DNA from: Octopus sinensis
Lineage: Eukaryota
DNA length: 64,000 nucleotides
Direction: 5' to 3'
Assembly: GCF_006345805.1 (NCBI RefSeq)
Contig: NC_043021.1
Location: 28,458,001 to 28,522,000, forward strand
The notes under the pieces are model-generated. The model searched no databases and had not been told where the DNA came from. It saw only the letters and a list, made by a program, of their open reading frames with translations. Shown one piece after another: positions 52,215 through 64,000 of the stretch. Position 1 is the stretch's first letter. Every line of letters starts with the position of its first letter. The position numbers and the translations under genes were made by a program.

Positions 52215-52309
52215 ATATATGTTGACGTTGTGTCTATTTTCGGCATATTTTGGCATTAGAAATGTTTTCTTTTGCCTTCATAAATTCATAAATTTAACCT
52301 GGCCATTGA

Positions 52310-52830
52310 TAGAATTTTTTTCAAACATGAAAACACAAAGAGAAAACACAACAACGCGAGGACGTGGAACAAGTACAGTGTTATTGGACGTTCAAGAAAT
52401 GAAAGAAGGAAGGAGGATTTAACGTTTCGAGCGGAGCTCTTCGTCAGAAACATAGGAAAAGGAAAGATCCACGGAAGGGAAGACGGAGGAAAAAAATCGC
52501 CAACGATACACACGCCCTAAGAACGCAAAACATCCGGGCAGCTAGGTGATACAAAAAGGCCAACAAAACATCCAGAAAGATGATACAAAGAAAACAACGA
52601 CGGGTCATTCAAAGTCCTCTATCCTCAGTCAAGCACCAGATTATCCTCGCAATTTCGGATTATTATTCTTGAGATTGCTCCAATCTGGCCAGTCCAAAGG
52701 AAAATCTAAGCTAAGAACATTAGATTCCTTGGAAGAAAGCAGCGAATGTATACAAAAACAAAGACGGAAAAAACGGACAAAGTTACACAAATATAAATAC
52801 AATAAAAACAACAATAAAAATAATAACAGG
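52310..52830 (-). mobile_element. Penelope-like-element-derived non-coding segment (pLTR-like) carrying a hammerhead
   Basis: Contains the canonical hammerhead; 52310-52515 parallels 41540-41740; 52560-52660 is homologous to 16890-16985. Confidence 0.5.
52417..52451 (-). ncRNA. Minimal type I hammerhead ribozyme, canonical core
   Basis: Minus strand: gttt-CTGACGA-A-GAGC-tcc-GCTC-GAAA-C-GT-T-aaat; palindromic AACGTT stem III as in dimer-type minimal hammerheads. Confidence 0.7.
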
Positions 52831-52882
52831 ACATAAGAACAGGTGTCTTTCGACTACACACACACACGAACACACACACACG

Positions 52883-52982
<100 letters not shown>

Positions 52983-53189
52983 CAGCAATACACCCAAGGT
53001 ACATATAGTTTTCTTAATCTGTTAATCTTAACAATTTTCTTGATCGTTCTTCAAAAGTCCAAACCTTCTTTTGGATTACCTTTTCACATATCTTAATTTA
53101 CACTTTTGCTTCTCATATTATTTCTAACTATTTATTCTTGCTTTATTAATTCCCAAATATATATTCAGCCTCATCAATTGACATCCCAT

Positions 53190-53226
53190 CTCTCCCTGAC
53201 GAAGTTTGTAACTCCGAAATGTTAGA
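53190..53226 (+). ncRNA. Degenerate hammerhead-like motif
   Basis: CTGACGA-agtt-tgt-aact-cc-GAAA-tgtta; stem II partly deleted, stem I not recoverable. Confidence 0.35.
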
Positions 53227-53974
53227 CATCTCTCTAATATTACTTTTTGCCTAATTTAAAATTACTATAATCTGTGATGTGTTTATATTGTCATATATTG
53301 GTCAGGATGAGATTAAAACTAGCTTAAAAGGATTGAAACGCCGGAACTATTCAGAAAGATATTTTAGTGGTTTCTGTTCTTAGGAGATATTGGACTTTGA
53401 CAACATCACTATCACCGTCATCATCATCACCATAGTCGCTCATATGATGACATACACACCCACTAGCTTTAATACACATTTGAACAGACCATACATACGT
53501 AAGGCATTACGTTTATACTCTAAGCCTATTAAACGTGTTTAATTAAATGTAAATACTGAACTTATCCGGTATCTATCTTGTATTTTACAAATACATTTGT
53601 GTATTTCATTCATACACAAATACGCACCTTCACACATACTCCTCGTTTCTGTTTTACATACACATAGTTACACTTCCACGATCATAGGCGCATTACGTGT
53701 TCGTATACAGGAGTATGTGTATGCATTTGTGTGTTTGTGTATACGTGCGCGTGTGTGTGTGTGTGCGCCTGCCCATGTATGTGGTTATGTGGTGTGTGTA
53801 TGTGTGTGTGTATAACGTTTATTATTTTCTAACCTCAATTGTTGGCCAATAAGTTTTCAACGGATTTAAAATTCCTTGGAAACTATTTCCACGACTTCTT
53901 TCGTAAAGAGCCCTTGACGTCACACAACACCTCAGCCAAATTTACACATAGACACGCACGCACACACACACACA

Positions 53975-54020
<46 letters not shown>

Positions 54021-54346
54021 ACACGCACACACACAAAGATACACGATGACGTTGACATGCTTAAACACACATATGTATCTGGTTAGAGAGAGAGACGGAT
54101 GAGGCAATTTCCTATACTTGCACATACAAGAACATACACAAGAGATATCAGGTATAAAATGAAAGTAATTAACCGGGTTCGTGCAGGAATAAATTTACTG
54201 AATTAAAGATGAGAAGAAGAATCTATGCCAATGTTCTTTGCAAAAATACAAATAAAAAGATACAAATAAATAATAATAAAAAAACAAGTGAAAACAGAGA
54301 CAAGATGAAAAACAAATCCGAAATCTCGTGAGGCCGAAATGTGTAC

Positions 54347-54382
<36 letters not shown>

Positions 54383-55295
54383 CTAATGCTTGAAAACGTT
54401 TAGAATAAAAACAATAGAATCTTGTTTGTATATTTGTTGAAGCTGGATGTAAAGCATTCATTGTAATCATTATGCGACGATGGTTGTATTTGCTGAGCCT
54501 AGCTCAGCGAGAAGCCAATACCACCATGAAGGATTCCAGATTACAGTGGAGAAGACAAACCACTGGATTTGATTAGAAAGTGGTGATGAGCAATGGCTGG
54601 AAGAATATTGAGGAAAGTCTAGCAAGCGGGGTCTCATCTCAAGTAGGAAGAGGAGAGACGGTGGACAATAATGCTGTCGAAAGGAAATCCCTGAAAGAGC
54701 GCTCATTCTCTCCCTGCTGGGGAATGGCCTGGCAGGGTTTAGTCGAACAATTCGATCCCAGTACCCAGCACTTTTCTAAAAAGTTTGATAATTATTTTAT
54801 GGGCTTCTTTTAACCGAACCGCTAACAAACCAACATCGATTTTCAGGCAAAGGGGAAAACGCGCACACATACTCACACACATACACAGAGGCACGCACTC
54901 ACGCACGCACACACGCACGCACAGACACACACAGACACACACGCATATGTACGATGTGCTTCTTTCAGTTTCTGTCCATCAAGTCCACTCGCAATACATC
55001 GGTCAGCCTGCTCGACATTATAGTAGGTGGCACTTACCTAAGGAGCATCGCAGTCAGACGGAATCCAAGACGATGTTGTTGGGAAACAAACTTCTAACCA
55101 CACGCCTACGCCTTCACCTATATATAATATATTTTCAATAAAGACCAACGCCTCGGTTAACACTCATTTGGTCCAATTATTGATATTATCCATCAAGAAT
55201 AACTGGCTTGCAGTTCTTTTAGCCTTCATCTTACTTTCTATAAATAATCTCTGGAAACCATTTTGTTTTCAAATTAAATGTCCATAATATTTTAG

Positions 55296-55365
55296 TTTTC
55301 TCTCATTGATAGGATCTAATCAATTTTTTCTCTCATTGATAGGATCTAATCAATTTTTTCTCATT
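55296..55365. repeat. 30-bp direct repeat, 2.3 copies
   Basis: ttttctctcattgataggatctaatcaatt twice. Confidence 0.9.
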
Positions 55366-55812
55366 ACGCTGATTTAGCGTTTGTTTTTTTTTTATTTTCT
55401 TGGTATCTTGTCTTCTCTATGCCCGTACTTCAAAGGCTTCTTAAATCTGTTTGATAATACTTTTGTAAATGTTCATATTTCAGTTGCTGTCGTCGGATTT
55501 TAAGAAGTTTATAATTTCATGACGTCTTTAAAAAACTCTCCGTTGTCTGAATACTTGCAAAAAATCTGCAGTCTTATATATTAAAGTCTTCTTATAAGAT
55601 TTCAAAATCACGACAGAAGACCTACATATGTCATCTTAAGTCGTTTAAGTAAACATTGAAATTATTATAGCTTTTAGATAAGAGAGGACGGTGAGCATTA
55701 GAGCATCAGAATTAACACTTTGTTGTATTTCTTTAGGATGTTTATGTTCTGAGTTTGAGTTCAAATCCTGTGGAAGTCAGCTGTACCGTTAAGGCGGTGA
55801 AGTGGAAGAATC

Positions 55813-56033
55813 TACGAGGGTGTGTAGAAAAATTCCTGACTTTAAGGCTATCATGAAAGGTCTGTTTGGAAGCCCAAACTTCAGAGTTCTTTTTATAGGG
55901 ACTAAGAAAAACTGACGGGCCACTGCAATAAGTGTATGAATCTGAGAGGGGAATATTTTGGATAAAAATCATAATTATTTGATCCTCCTCTAATTCCTTT
56001 TACCCAAAGCTAGGAACTTTTCAGCACCCTCTC
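55813..56033. mobile_element. Mariner-type MITE
   Basis: Degenerate TIRs tacgagggtgtgtagaaaaattcctg / ctaggaacttttcagcaccctc. Confidence 0.6.
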
Positions 56034-56846
56034 CTCTATAGCGTATCGGTCCTAGTGCTTAACAACATTTCTTTTGGCACTCTTTGTTCTGAGTTCACAT
56101 TCTGAATTGATCAAATTTACCTTTTACCTCTATGGAAACGATAAAATAAATTCTAGGCAACAACTGGTTTCTTTGAAATCGACTTCAACCTCTCATCAAA
56201 GAAATGGTCACCTTGAGCCACAATTAGAAAAAAAAATTTAATTTTAAATAAAGAAAAGTGATAAATTTATACCTGACTTATTGGCGTTTGGTGCACAATT
56301 TCACTTGAAATTGATATGACCAGTTTTAGGAATATTTTTACCTGAGCTCTGTTGCCAAAATAGCCCTGAAATTGATAAAAATATATTGATATATTTAAGC
56401 GGTTGTAGGGTTTCTCTGTAACAGTTTGAGGATTGGACATTTGTCAAGGTTGTTTTAGGGCAAACCTCATTTTGGCGCCAAACCATTTCATGGCAGATGT
56501 TTTGGTGCAAGAAAATAACATGTTAAACGAAAATAACATGTTAAACGAATTTGTCATTGTTCGAATAAAAGACTATAAATGATATTTTGTATGTATATAT
56601 GTATGTATTTATGTATATGGATATATATAAAGGTATATATATACGTGTGTATGTGTATGTTATATATATATATATATATTATATATGCTATGTGTGCATA
56701 CATGTATATATTTATGTGTGTGTTCATGTGTGCGTGGCTGTATATGATTTTGTGTATCTACATATACACACACATGCATATATATATATAGAATCCATCA
56801 TCGTTTGTCCGATACAGTGTATAATATGTGTGTGTGTGTGTGTGTG

Positions 56847-56890
<44 letters not shown>

Positions 56891-56911
56891 AACAGATATA
56901 CATATAAACAG

Positions 56912-56956
<45 letters not shown>

Positions 56957-57443
56957 ATATATATATACAGATATATATACACAAACACACATGCATATAT
57001 ATATTTACATATATATATATGTGTGTGTGTGTATGCACACACATTATACATCTATAAAACAATATGGATTTTTGTATATAAAGTTCCATTAACTTCGTCG
57101 TTTAGTAGTTATGAGTAAGGTTGTTTAGTTCCTGACAATATCCATGTTATAACAACCAATAATAGTTTTATGTGTTGGTTTATCTCTCAATAACTTAAAA
57201 AAACAAAACTTTGATGGCCTATGTCCAACTGGTTAACCTTCAGAAAATACATCGCCATATTTTTGTTTTTGTATTTTACGCAGCTCATCTATTAATTTCT
57301 ATTTGGTGCAATATTGTATACTACGATTTCATTTTAATCGACATTTAGTTGACTCAGAATAAATATTTAACTGAGCGCTGCCGTTTGATATCTTCTGATA
57401 AATGCTTTAAATCTCGGAGAGACGTATATACCTATATCTCTCT

Positions 57444-57516
<73 letters not shown>

Positions 57517-57595
57517 GCGATCTGTATTTAATTATCAGTATATTATTGTCTTCAAACCAAATGAAAGGTTGTTATTCCTTTCAGTGCACACACAT

Positions 57596-57965
57596 AGCAG
57601 ACAAAATGCTACCACAAGAAATGAAAAGACTGGCAGCCATTGTTGTCAAATATGTCAGAGATGGCCATTTAGAAATTTCCAGTTCCTAATTGTTGCATGA
57701 TATTTGCTGTACAAGGCTTGAATGACATTAAGAGCGGGAATCTTTCAACTATATCACAGACAAGAATCATTTTAAACATTCGGATAATATAAGCAGACCA
57801 CAATTCATGCAACACATTCAAAACATTATCGATGATGATCCCAACAGATGAACAACCACCGCCAAAGAATTTCAGCTTTTGGATGGGCTGCCAGGACTGT
57901 TGTTGTGGCGAGTCACGACACCCTCTGCGAGAATATGACTTGATTGAACGACAATAGATAGCGAA

Positions 57966-58002
<37 letters not shown>

Positions 58003-58320
58003 TAGGTGTTAATCGCAGAAAGTCGTAAGTTGTCGTTTTGGTAGTTTGTCGGAATACCGTTTGTTGATTCGTGTATAATTCGTGGAGAGTTTGTTGGATA
58101 GTTATGTTGTTACCCTGTTTCGTTATATGTTTAATTGTTACTATACGATTATAGTGTAACAAAAATGTATCGTCATAACAATTGGCATACAACAACTGTG
58201 ATGCAAAAAAGTCTTCAATTCAAGTCGTATGTGCTGAATGGAAGCACATGATGCCTGCAAAGGCACAGAAAAACTGTTTCATCTTTGTTGAAAGATTGTT
58301 TAACAAGTTGAAAACCGCCC
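57596..58320 (+). pseudogene. maT-like transposase N-terminal relic, heavily decayed
   Basis: LPQEMKRLAAIV..HLEISS, HSDNISRPQFMQHIQNIIDDDP and FKSYVL..RLFNKLK parallel the 63170 copy. Confidence 0.55.
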
Positions 58321-58920
58321 GCGAAAATATATTGGGGGTCGATTTGTCTGACTAAAACCCCTTATGGCGGTACCCCAACATGGGTTGCTTTGCTACTTCT
58401 CTGATTAGAAATTCTTCGGCTGAGATTAAAAGTTTAAAGAGAGAAATGACAGATGTTTACATTCAAATCCTTCGGATGTCAACGGATTAATGTCACCGTG
58501 ACAGTGTTAAAGGGAATGAATAAAGAAGGTCATGTCTTTGAGTGAATTATGTGGAATACATTGATATTGAGGTGCTGGAGAGAGTTTTATGTCCTGGATG
58601 GAGGAAATGTGACGTAGAAGGTTATACGTGTTTCACCAATCTAAACTGTTACTTCTGAATTGTTGTTGAAAGGAAGACTACCAGGCGTCTTCACATTATC
58701 ATAGCTTTACATATAATACCTGTGTGTGTGTGTGTGCGTGTAATATTTTATTTTTGAACTAATAAGTATATATCAACTAGTTTGTTGAGTGAAGCTCGTT
58801 CACGGTTTGGGCTGATCTATTTCAGAAATTCCGAAGTATTAGTGAAATAATAATAATTCACAAATGAGATGGAAAATGCCAATTCCATCTTCTGTTTCCT
58901 TCATCAATTGTATCTCTCTC

Positions 58921-58951
<31 letters not shown>

Positions 58952-58968
58952 GGGGGGAATAGACAGAG

Positions 58969-59033
<65 letters not shown>

Positions 59034-61750
59034 ATGCCCGTGTTTAATTCTCCATCTGTTTTAATGCCTAGCACATGTTTGCTAAAGCCAATTATGTAAA
59101 CTGTGAAATTCTTGCGATACTACAATACCAGAGCATCCAGTATCTCTGAAAGTTCCGAAGGCAAGAACAAGAATTATTTTCCCAATTAGCATTTCTGGAT
59201 CAGAATTGCATACATAAGTAAATGAAAGCAAATGTAGCTTGGTATATTGGAGTTACTAAGTAAAAAGAAAGGAAAATTCCTCTCCAACACCGTTGTTTCG
59301 GTAGCCATCGTTAATTTCTTTTTATACACTACTTCTCTTTCCAGAAGTCACCGCATTATAGCTTAGCTTAGTTTACCAAACAAGATGTTATGTTGATATG
59401 TATGTGAGTCTGACAACTGTTAAAACAAAATTCTCTGTCAACATTTCCAATATAGATGAAATATTATTTTGAAGTGCTTGAGCGGCGAATAAATTGCAAT
59501 ACGTTATTTATTCTGGTACGTTGTTTGGTGAGTTCAAATCCCTCAAAGTTCAGCTTACCTTCCATCCTCTTGTAGTCGTCGATTAATAAAGCACTACCGC
59601 TGTATGGAAGCATCCCTTTGCCACTCCAGCTATTACATCCTTGGTACTCACGCGTCACGAATGCTGTTCAAAGCAATGGCACAGGGCACTACGGTTTGAT
59701 ACCAGTGACGTCGCAGATGAACTCAGTACGTAAGGATCTGCAACAAATACCACAAGATAGTTTGTTCAACGAGCTAAATATTCTGCTAATTCAGTGTTCT
59801 TGATCTGGCATTTTATTTTATCGGCCCTTTTTGGTGAATAAGAAGCAAAAATGACGCTCAAATATTGATTTCAAATTTTGATACAAACTCAGGAATGTAG
59901 ATGAAGAGATAAATGGATTATATCGACCCCAGTGCTCAACTGGTACTTATTTTATTGACTCTGGAAGGATGAACGACAAAGTCGATCCCGGTGGAAAGTG
60001 AACTCAGAACGTAAAGACAGACGAAATACTACTAAGAATGTTTCACGGATTGTTAACGATTTTGTCAGCTCGCCGCCTTAATCTGTACAAATATTGCAAA
60101 CAGATGGTTTTCTAAAGCACTAAGAATTTTGCGAAATCTACTGTTCTGGGCTAGCACTTTATTTCATTGACCCAAAGCGATGAAAAGTAAGGAATTTGAT
60201 GTCAGAACGCAACAAACCGGAAAAAATAAAATTGTAATATAAGTACGAGGCCTGAAGAGTGTAAGAAAAAAGTTAGTCGACGTAATCTATATCAGTTCTT
60301 AAATGGTAATTATTTTTATTGCACACGAAGCGATAAAAATCAGAGTAGTCATCTGCTGGATTTGAACGCAGAACGTAATGATCGAGAAGAAATAATGCAC
60401 TGTGTTTGTATGCTACACTAAGCACTTAGCAACATCAAGACTTCACAGAGTCAGTTACGATCGACTTACATATCCCTACAAAATGGCAGATACTTTTGGT
60501 TATCTCACACCCATAAAAAAATTACCATTAAAAAACTGGGTTATCCCCTCACTAAATAATTTAGTTTATGTGACAAGAGATTGGATTAAAAGAGTTAGAT
60601 CCATTTGATTCAATACTTCAACACATTGTTGATGTTTGGCCTCCTCAAGAGGAATGATTTGTTATAAAAATGTTATTAGATTCAGTAAGATGTTTAATTT
60701 TTTTCAGTTTTCGTGTTTATTAATATTTTCAGTTTTGTATGATTTATAAAACCATTCTATTCTATTATAGGTACCGTGATCACCGTGACCGACCAGGCTA
60801 TCAGATGTTGTTACACATCGCTGGTCACAATGCGCTTCGCATTGTTTTAGCCTTCAAATGACGCTACCCCGCTGGCTAAGCGAGCAGGCCAACTATAGGT
60901 ACACGACCCGAAATTTTAGATCGACCCAGTACAAAACTGGTATTTAATTTATCCACCCCGAAAGGATGAAAGGCAATGTCGACTTCGGCGGAACTTGAAC
61001 TTAGAACGTAAAAACAGACGAAACACTGCGAAGTATTTCGCCCGGCGTCCTAACGTTTCTACCAGCTCGCCGCCTTATGTTATAAAAAAATACTATCAGG
61101 TTCAATACGAGGTTTCATTGTTTAACTTTTTTTTTTTAGTTGGACCAAAAGTACCGATATTTCTCATAAAACGTGGGGAGATGGGGCTGAGATAACCCCA
61201 AAGTACCAACTGGGTAGCCCTATTCTTATATTAGAATCCCTTATCAATAGAATTATTAGAGTTTGTAAACGACTCTTCATAAACTATTTCCATGTATTAT
61301 TACATGACTACCCGCTGATGTAATATTTGCTGTGTAGGCCGATATTCAAAATAGTTTTGTATAAATACAATGACTCACTGGAGCATAAAGGCATATATAC
61401 ACAGACAAAATACATTATTGAAATACTCAGGCGATATTGTCCATCGTAGAATTGTTGCCACACACTAAGAAAACATGAGCAGGATTGCCATTGATTATTC
61501 TACAGCGAGCTTCGATTTCACTCATTCTATGATTTACATTGGTCGTGATGACATGTCAATTGGAAACATATAAATATACATGTATATGTTTGTTTGTTTG
61601 TCTCTGTGTGCATGTATATGTGCGCATACACGATTATACGAGCAGACAGAAGGAAAATGCCACTTGTATTTGAACACTATGAAAATATTCTTTAAAAAAA
61701 AACTTTTCTTTTAATTTTTCCAAAATTTTATTGTTTTCCATACACACACG

Positions 61751-61798
<48 letters not shown>

Positions 61799-61818
61799 TA
61801 TACACACACACATATGTG

Positions 61819-61904
<86 letters not shown>

Positions 61905-62446
61905 AATGTATATATATATATATGTGTGTGTGTACATATAGATATATAAATGTTATAAATTTGAAATTATGTATAAATGAGTGAGCGTATGTGTTAGAAT
62001 GTGCACTTACCTTTTTCCTCGTGTTTTATTAAATTAAGCTGTTTTTTTTTATTCATTTAGAAAACATTCTTACTGTAAACACGACACACATTTACGTATG
62101 GAGTAGAAAGCAGTCTTACTTCAGAATGGAGATCGATATAAGAGGGGAAAATGCATTTCAAAACGATTCTGCATTGGAAAAAAACTCTCTCACACACACG
62201 AACACATTCACGCACGTGAAAAAATGCACACATCTCATAATACGCCTGATGGGGATGCGTGTTAAATGTACTTTAGTAACCAAGGTTACATAGGTGGAGG
62301 CGAATATTAATACTATCTAAAGGATTACGTTTATCACTGATTACGGTAGTCAATGCCCATTCACCGAAAGGATTATCAAAATGCAAATAATATATGTAAG
62401 TCGGAAACTGGAAGAAGCCCGTCGTATAGAACCCACCATATTTGTA

Positions 62447-62483
<37 letters not shown>

Positions 62484-63169
62484 ATATAAATATATATTTA
62501 AGCGTGTTTAGTGCTTGGTTACAGAAGGAAGAAAAATGAAAAAAAGGAAAAAATAATTACGTGTTTTCTAAGATGGTTGATTTGATGACAGGTCAAAGGA
62601 GGTCAAATTCTTGCTTTAACTCATCGACAGGGGTTTCGGTTAGCTTTTATGCTGCTTATATACATGCTTAGTTATACAACTCATTAAGTTGTTTGGTTTT
62701 TAACTCACTGCGTGTGCGCGAGTGTATGGTGGTGATTGTTTAAGAGTCAATTTTTCAGAAATTTTATCAACAGTAACAATTATTATTAGTGTGACGAAAA
62801 TTACTGGTATTAAAATGTTTGATCTATCGTCAAATCAAGCATCTCAGAAAACACTACTTTATTATTTGTTCCTCTAACGAAGCCTCACAAAAATCTCTCA
62901 TATGTACTTTGTTTTAAAATTCACTTCACTCAAACACACAAATACACACAAACACACAAATACACACATACACACATATATTGATTCAAAATGACAAAGA
63001 ACATCTAAAATAACCACTCTCAAAACATCCTTTTCTCAATACCTATGAAAACAAATTTTTTGCGACTAATTCACCTATGAAGTGAGCGTCAGTGTTTTGA
63101 GAACACCTTTTTCAAGAGCTCTAATTTTCTGCTAAATTACTTTTGTTTTACCTTACTTTTCAGATAAAT

Positions 63170-63965
63170 AATGTCAGACACCAGGTTGTCTCAGTCAATG
63201 AAAAGGCACGTTGTAAGCGCTTGACTTAAAAGCGCAGCATAGTGACCCAGAGATAGATCACTTCCTGAAAGTTACCCACTGCTTCGTTATCAAATTCGAA
63301 AGCAGTTAGAAGCTGCTCATCGGATCCAACATTAGTAGCTAAATGCAACATGCTTATTCATTGTTTTAATACTATCTGAACACATAACTTTGTAGAACAA
63401 GTCCAAGAAATAAGCCAATGAAATCCATTCAAAGTCATTGCAAATGACCTCAAGTTTTCGAAAGGCACCATCACAAGAGTTATGTACGAGTTTTGTATGT
63501 GAAACCGATAATCGCTCGACCTGTGTGAGGTTCTTGCTAAACAAGTTAAAACACCTAGCCATTGGGATGCCTTGGTTTTTATTCGATGAGATCTTCAATC
63601 AAGACCAAACGGTAAAGTGAAGGAACGATAGATGGTCAATTCAGAGACCCGAATGAGGTTCTGGCGGTCATGTATACCAAGTTCCCAGCAACTGTGATTG
63701 TTGTGGAGCCATCAGCAACGACGCAAATGTTGTACCTCCTCCCTTGTTTTCACACGACTTAAGAAAGAGTCAGCACGACAGCCTACACAGAGATTTTGGA
63801 GAAAGTTGGGAAGCCCTGCATACACAGGGTACACAGCTAAAAGCCGAATGTCTACCAGCAAGACCGCACCATCTCATAAGGAAAGAACAAAGCAAGCGTA
63901 GATACGTGCCAATCATCTTGATCACATTCTCTCAGACACATGGTCTCCTACCTCACTACAGCTTC
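63170..63965 (+). pseudogene. maT-like (DD37D group) transposase relic
   Basis: MSDTRLSQSMKRHV..FLKV; FVEQVQEI; LLNKLKH..GMPWF.FDE.FNQDQ..RNDRW; YTKFPATVIV; NVYQQD. Confidence 0.8.
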
Positions 63966-64000
63966 TACATCACTTAAGAACCAGTGTTCGTTTGTTTACA

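Noticed and set aside
55400-55560. Integrase-like YSDNGEFF on the minus strand
   Set aside because: Isolated short motif amid stop codons, with no supporting residues.

Overview
AT-rich, microsatellite-saturated animal genomic DNA with one 100-N scaffold gap (44001-44100). The tRNA-derived SINE families and the LINE mix resemble my recollection of Octopus (coleoid cephalopod) repeats; this taxon call is an inference and has not been database-checked. I find no credible host protein-coding gene, and almost all ORFs in the supplied track are microsatellite or antisense artefacts. The real coding content is transposon-derived: (1) a near full-length CR1-clade LINE (about 47990-51970), whose ORF2 is broken only by slippage-type deletions and whose ORF1 carries a Myb/SANT-trihelix-like N-terminus plus a CCCH finger; (2) two Tx1/L1-clade fragments, one inserted inside a SINE with a 10-bp target duplication; (3) several R4/Dong-clade (RLE endonuclease) fragments, one sitting inside a (TAA)n tract; (4) RTE-clade fragments; (5) three maT-like (DD37D) transposase relics; (6) a piggyBac relic; (7) Helitron-like and mariner-MITE-like elements; (8) more than 30 SINE pieces. 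The most unusual signal is a set of short, microsatellite-flanked, often fold-back modules that carry hammerhead-ribozyme-like folds: one canonical core at 52417-52451 and several recurrent core variants. In one module the inversion breakpoint falls within 1-2 nt of the predicted self-cleavage site. This suggests a diversified family of Penelope-derived or retrozyme-like non-autonomous elements.
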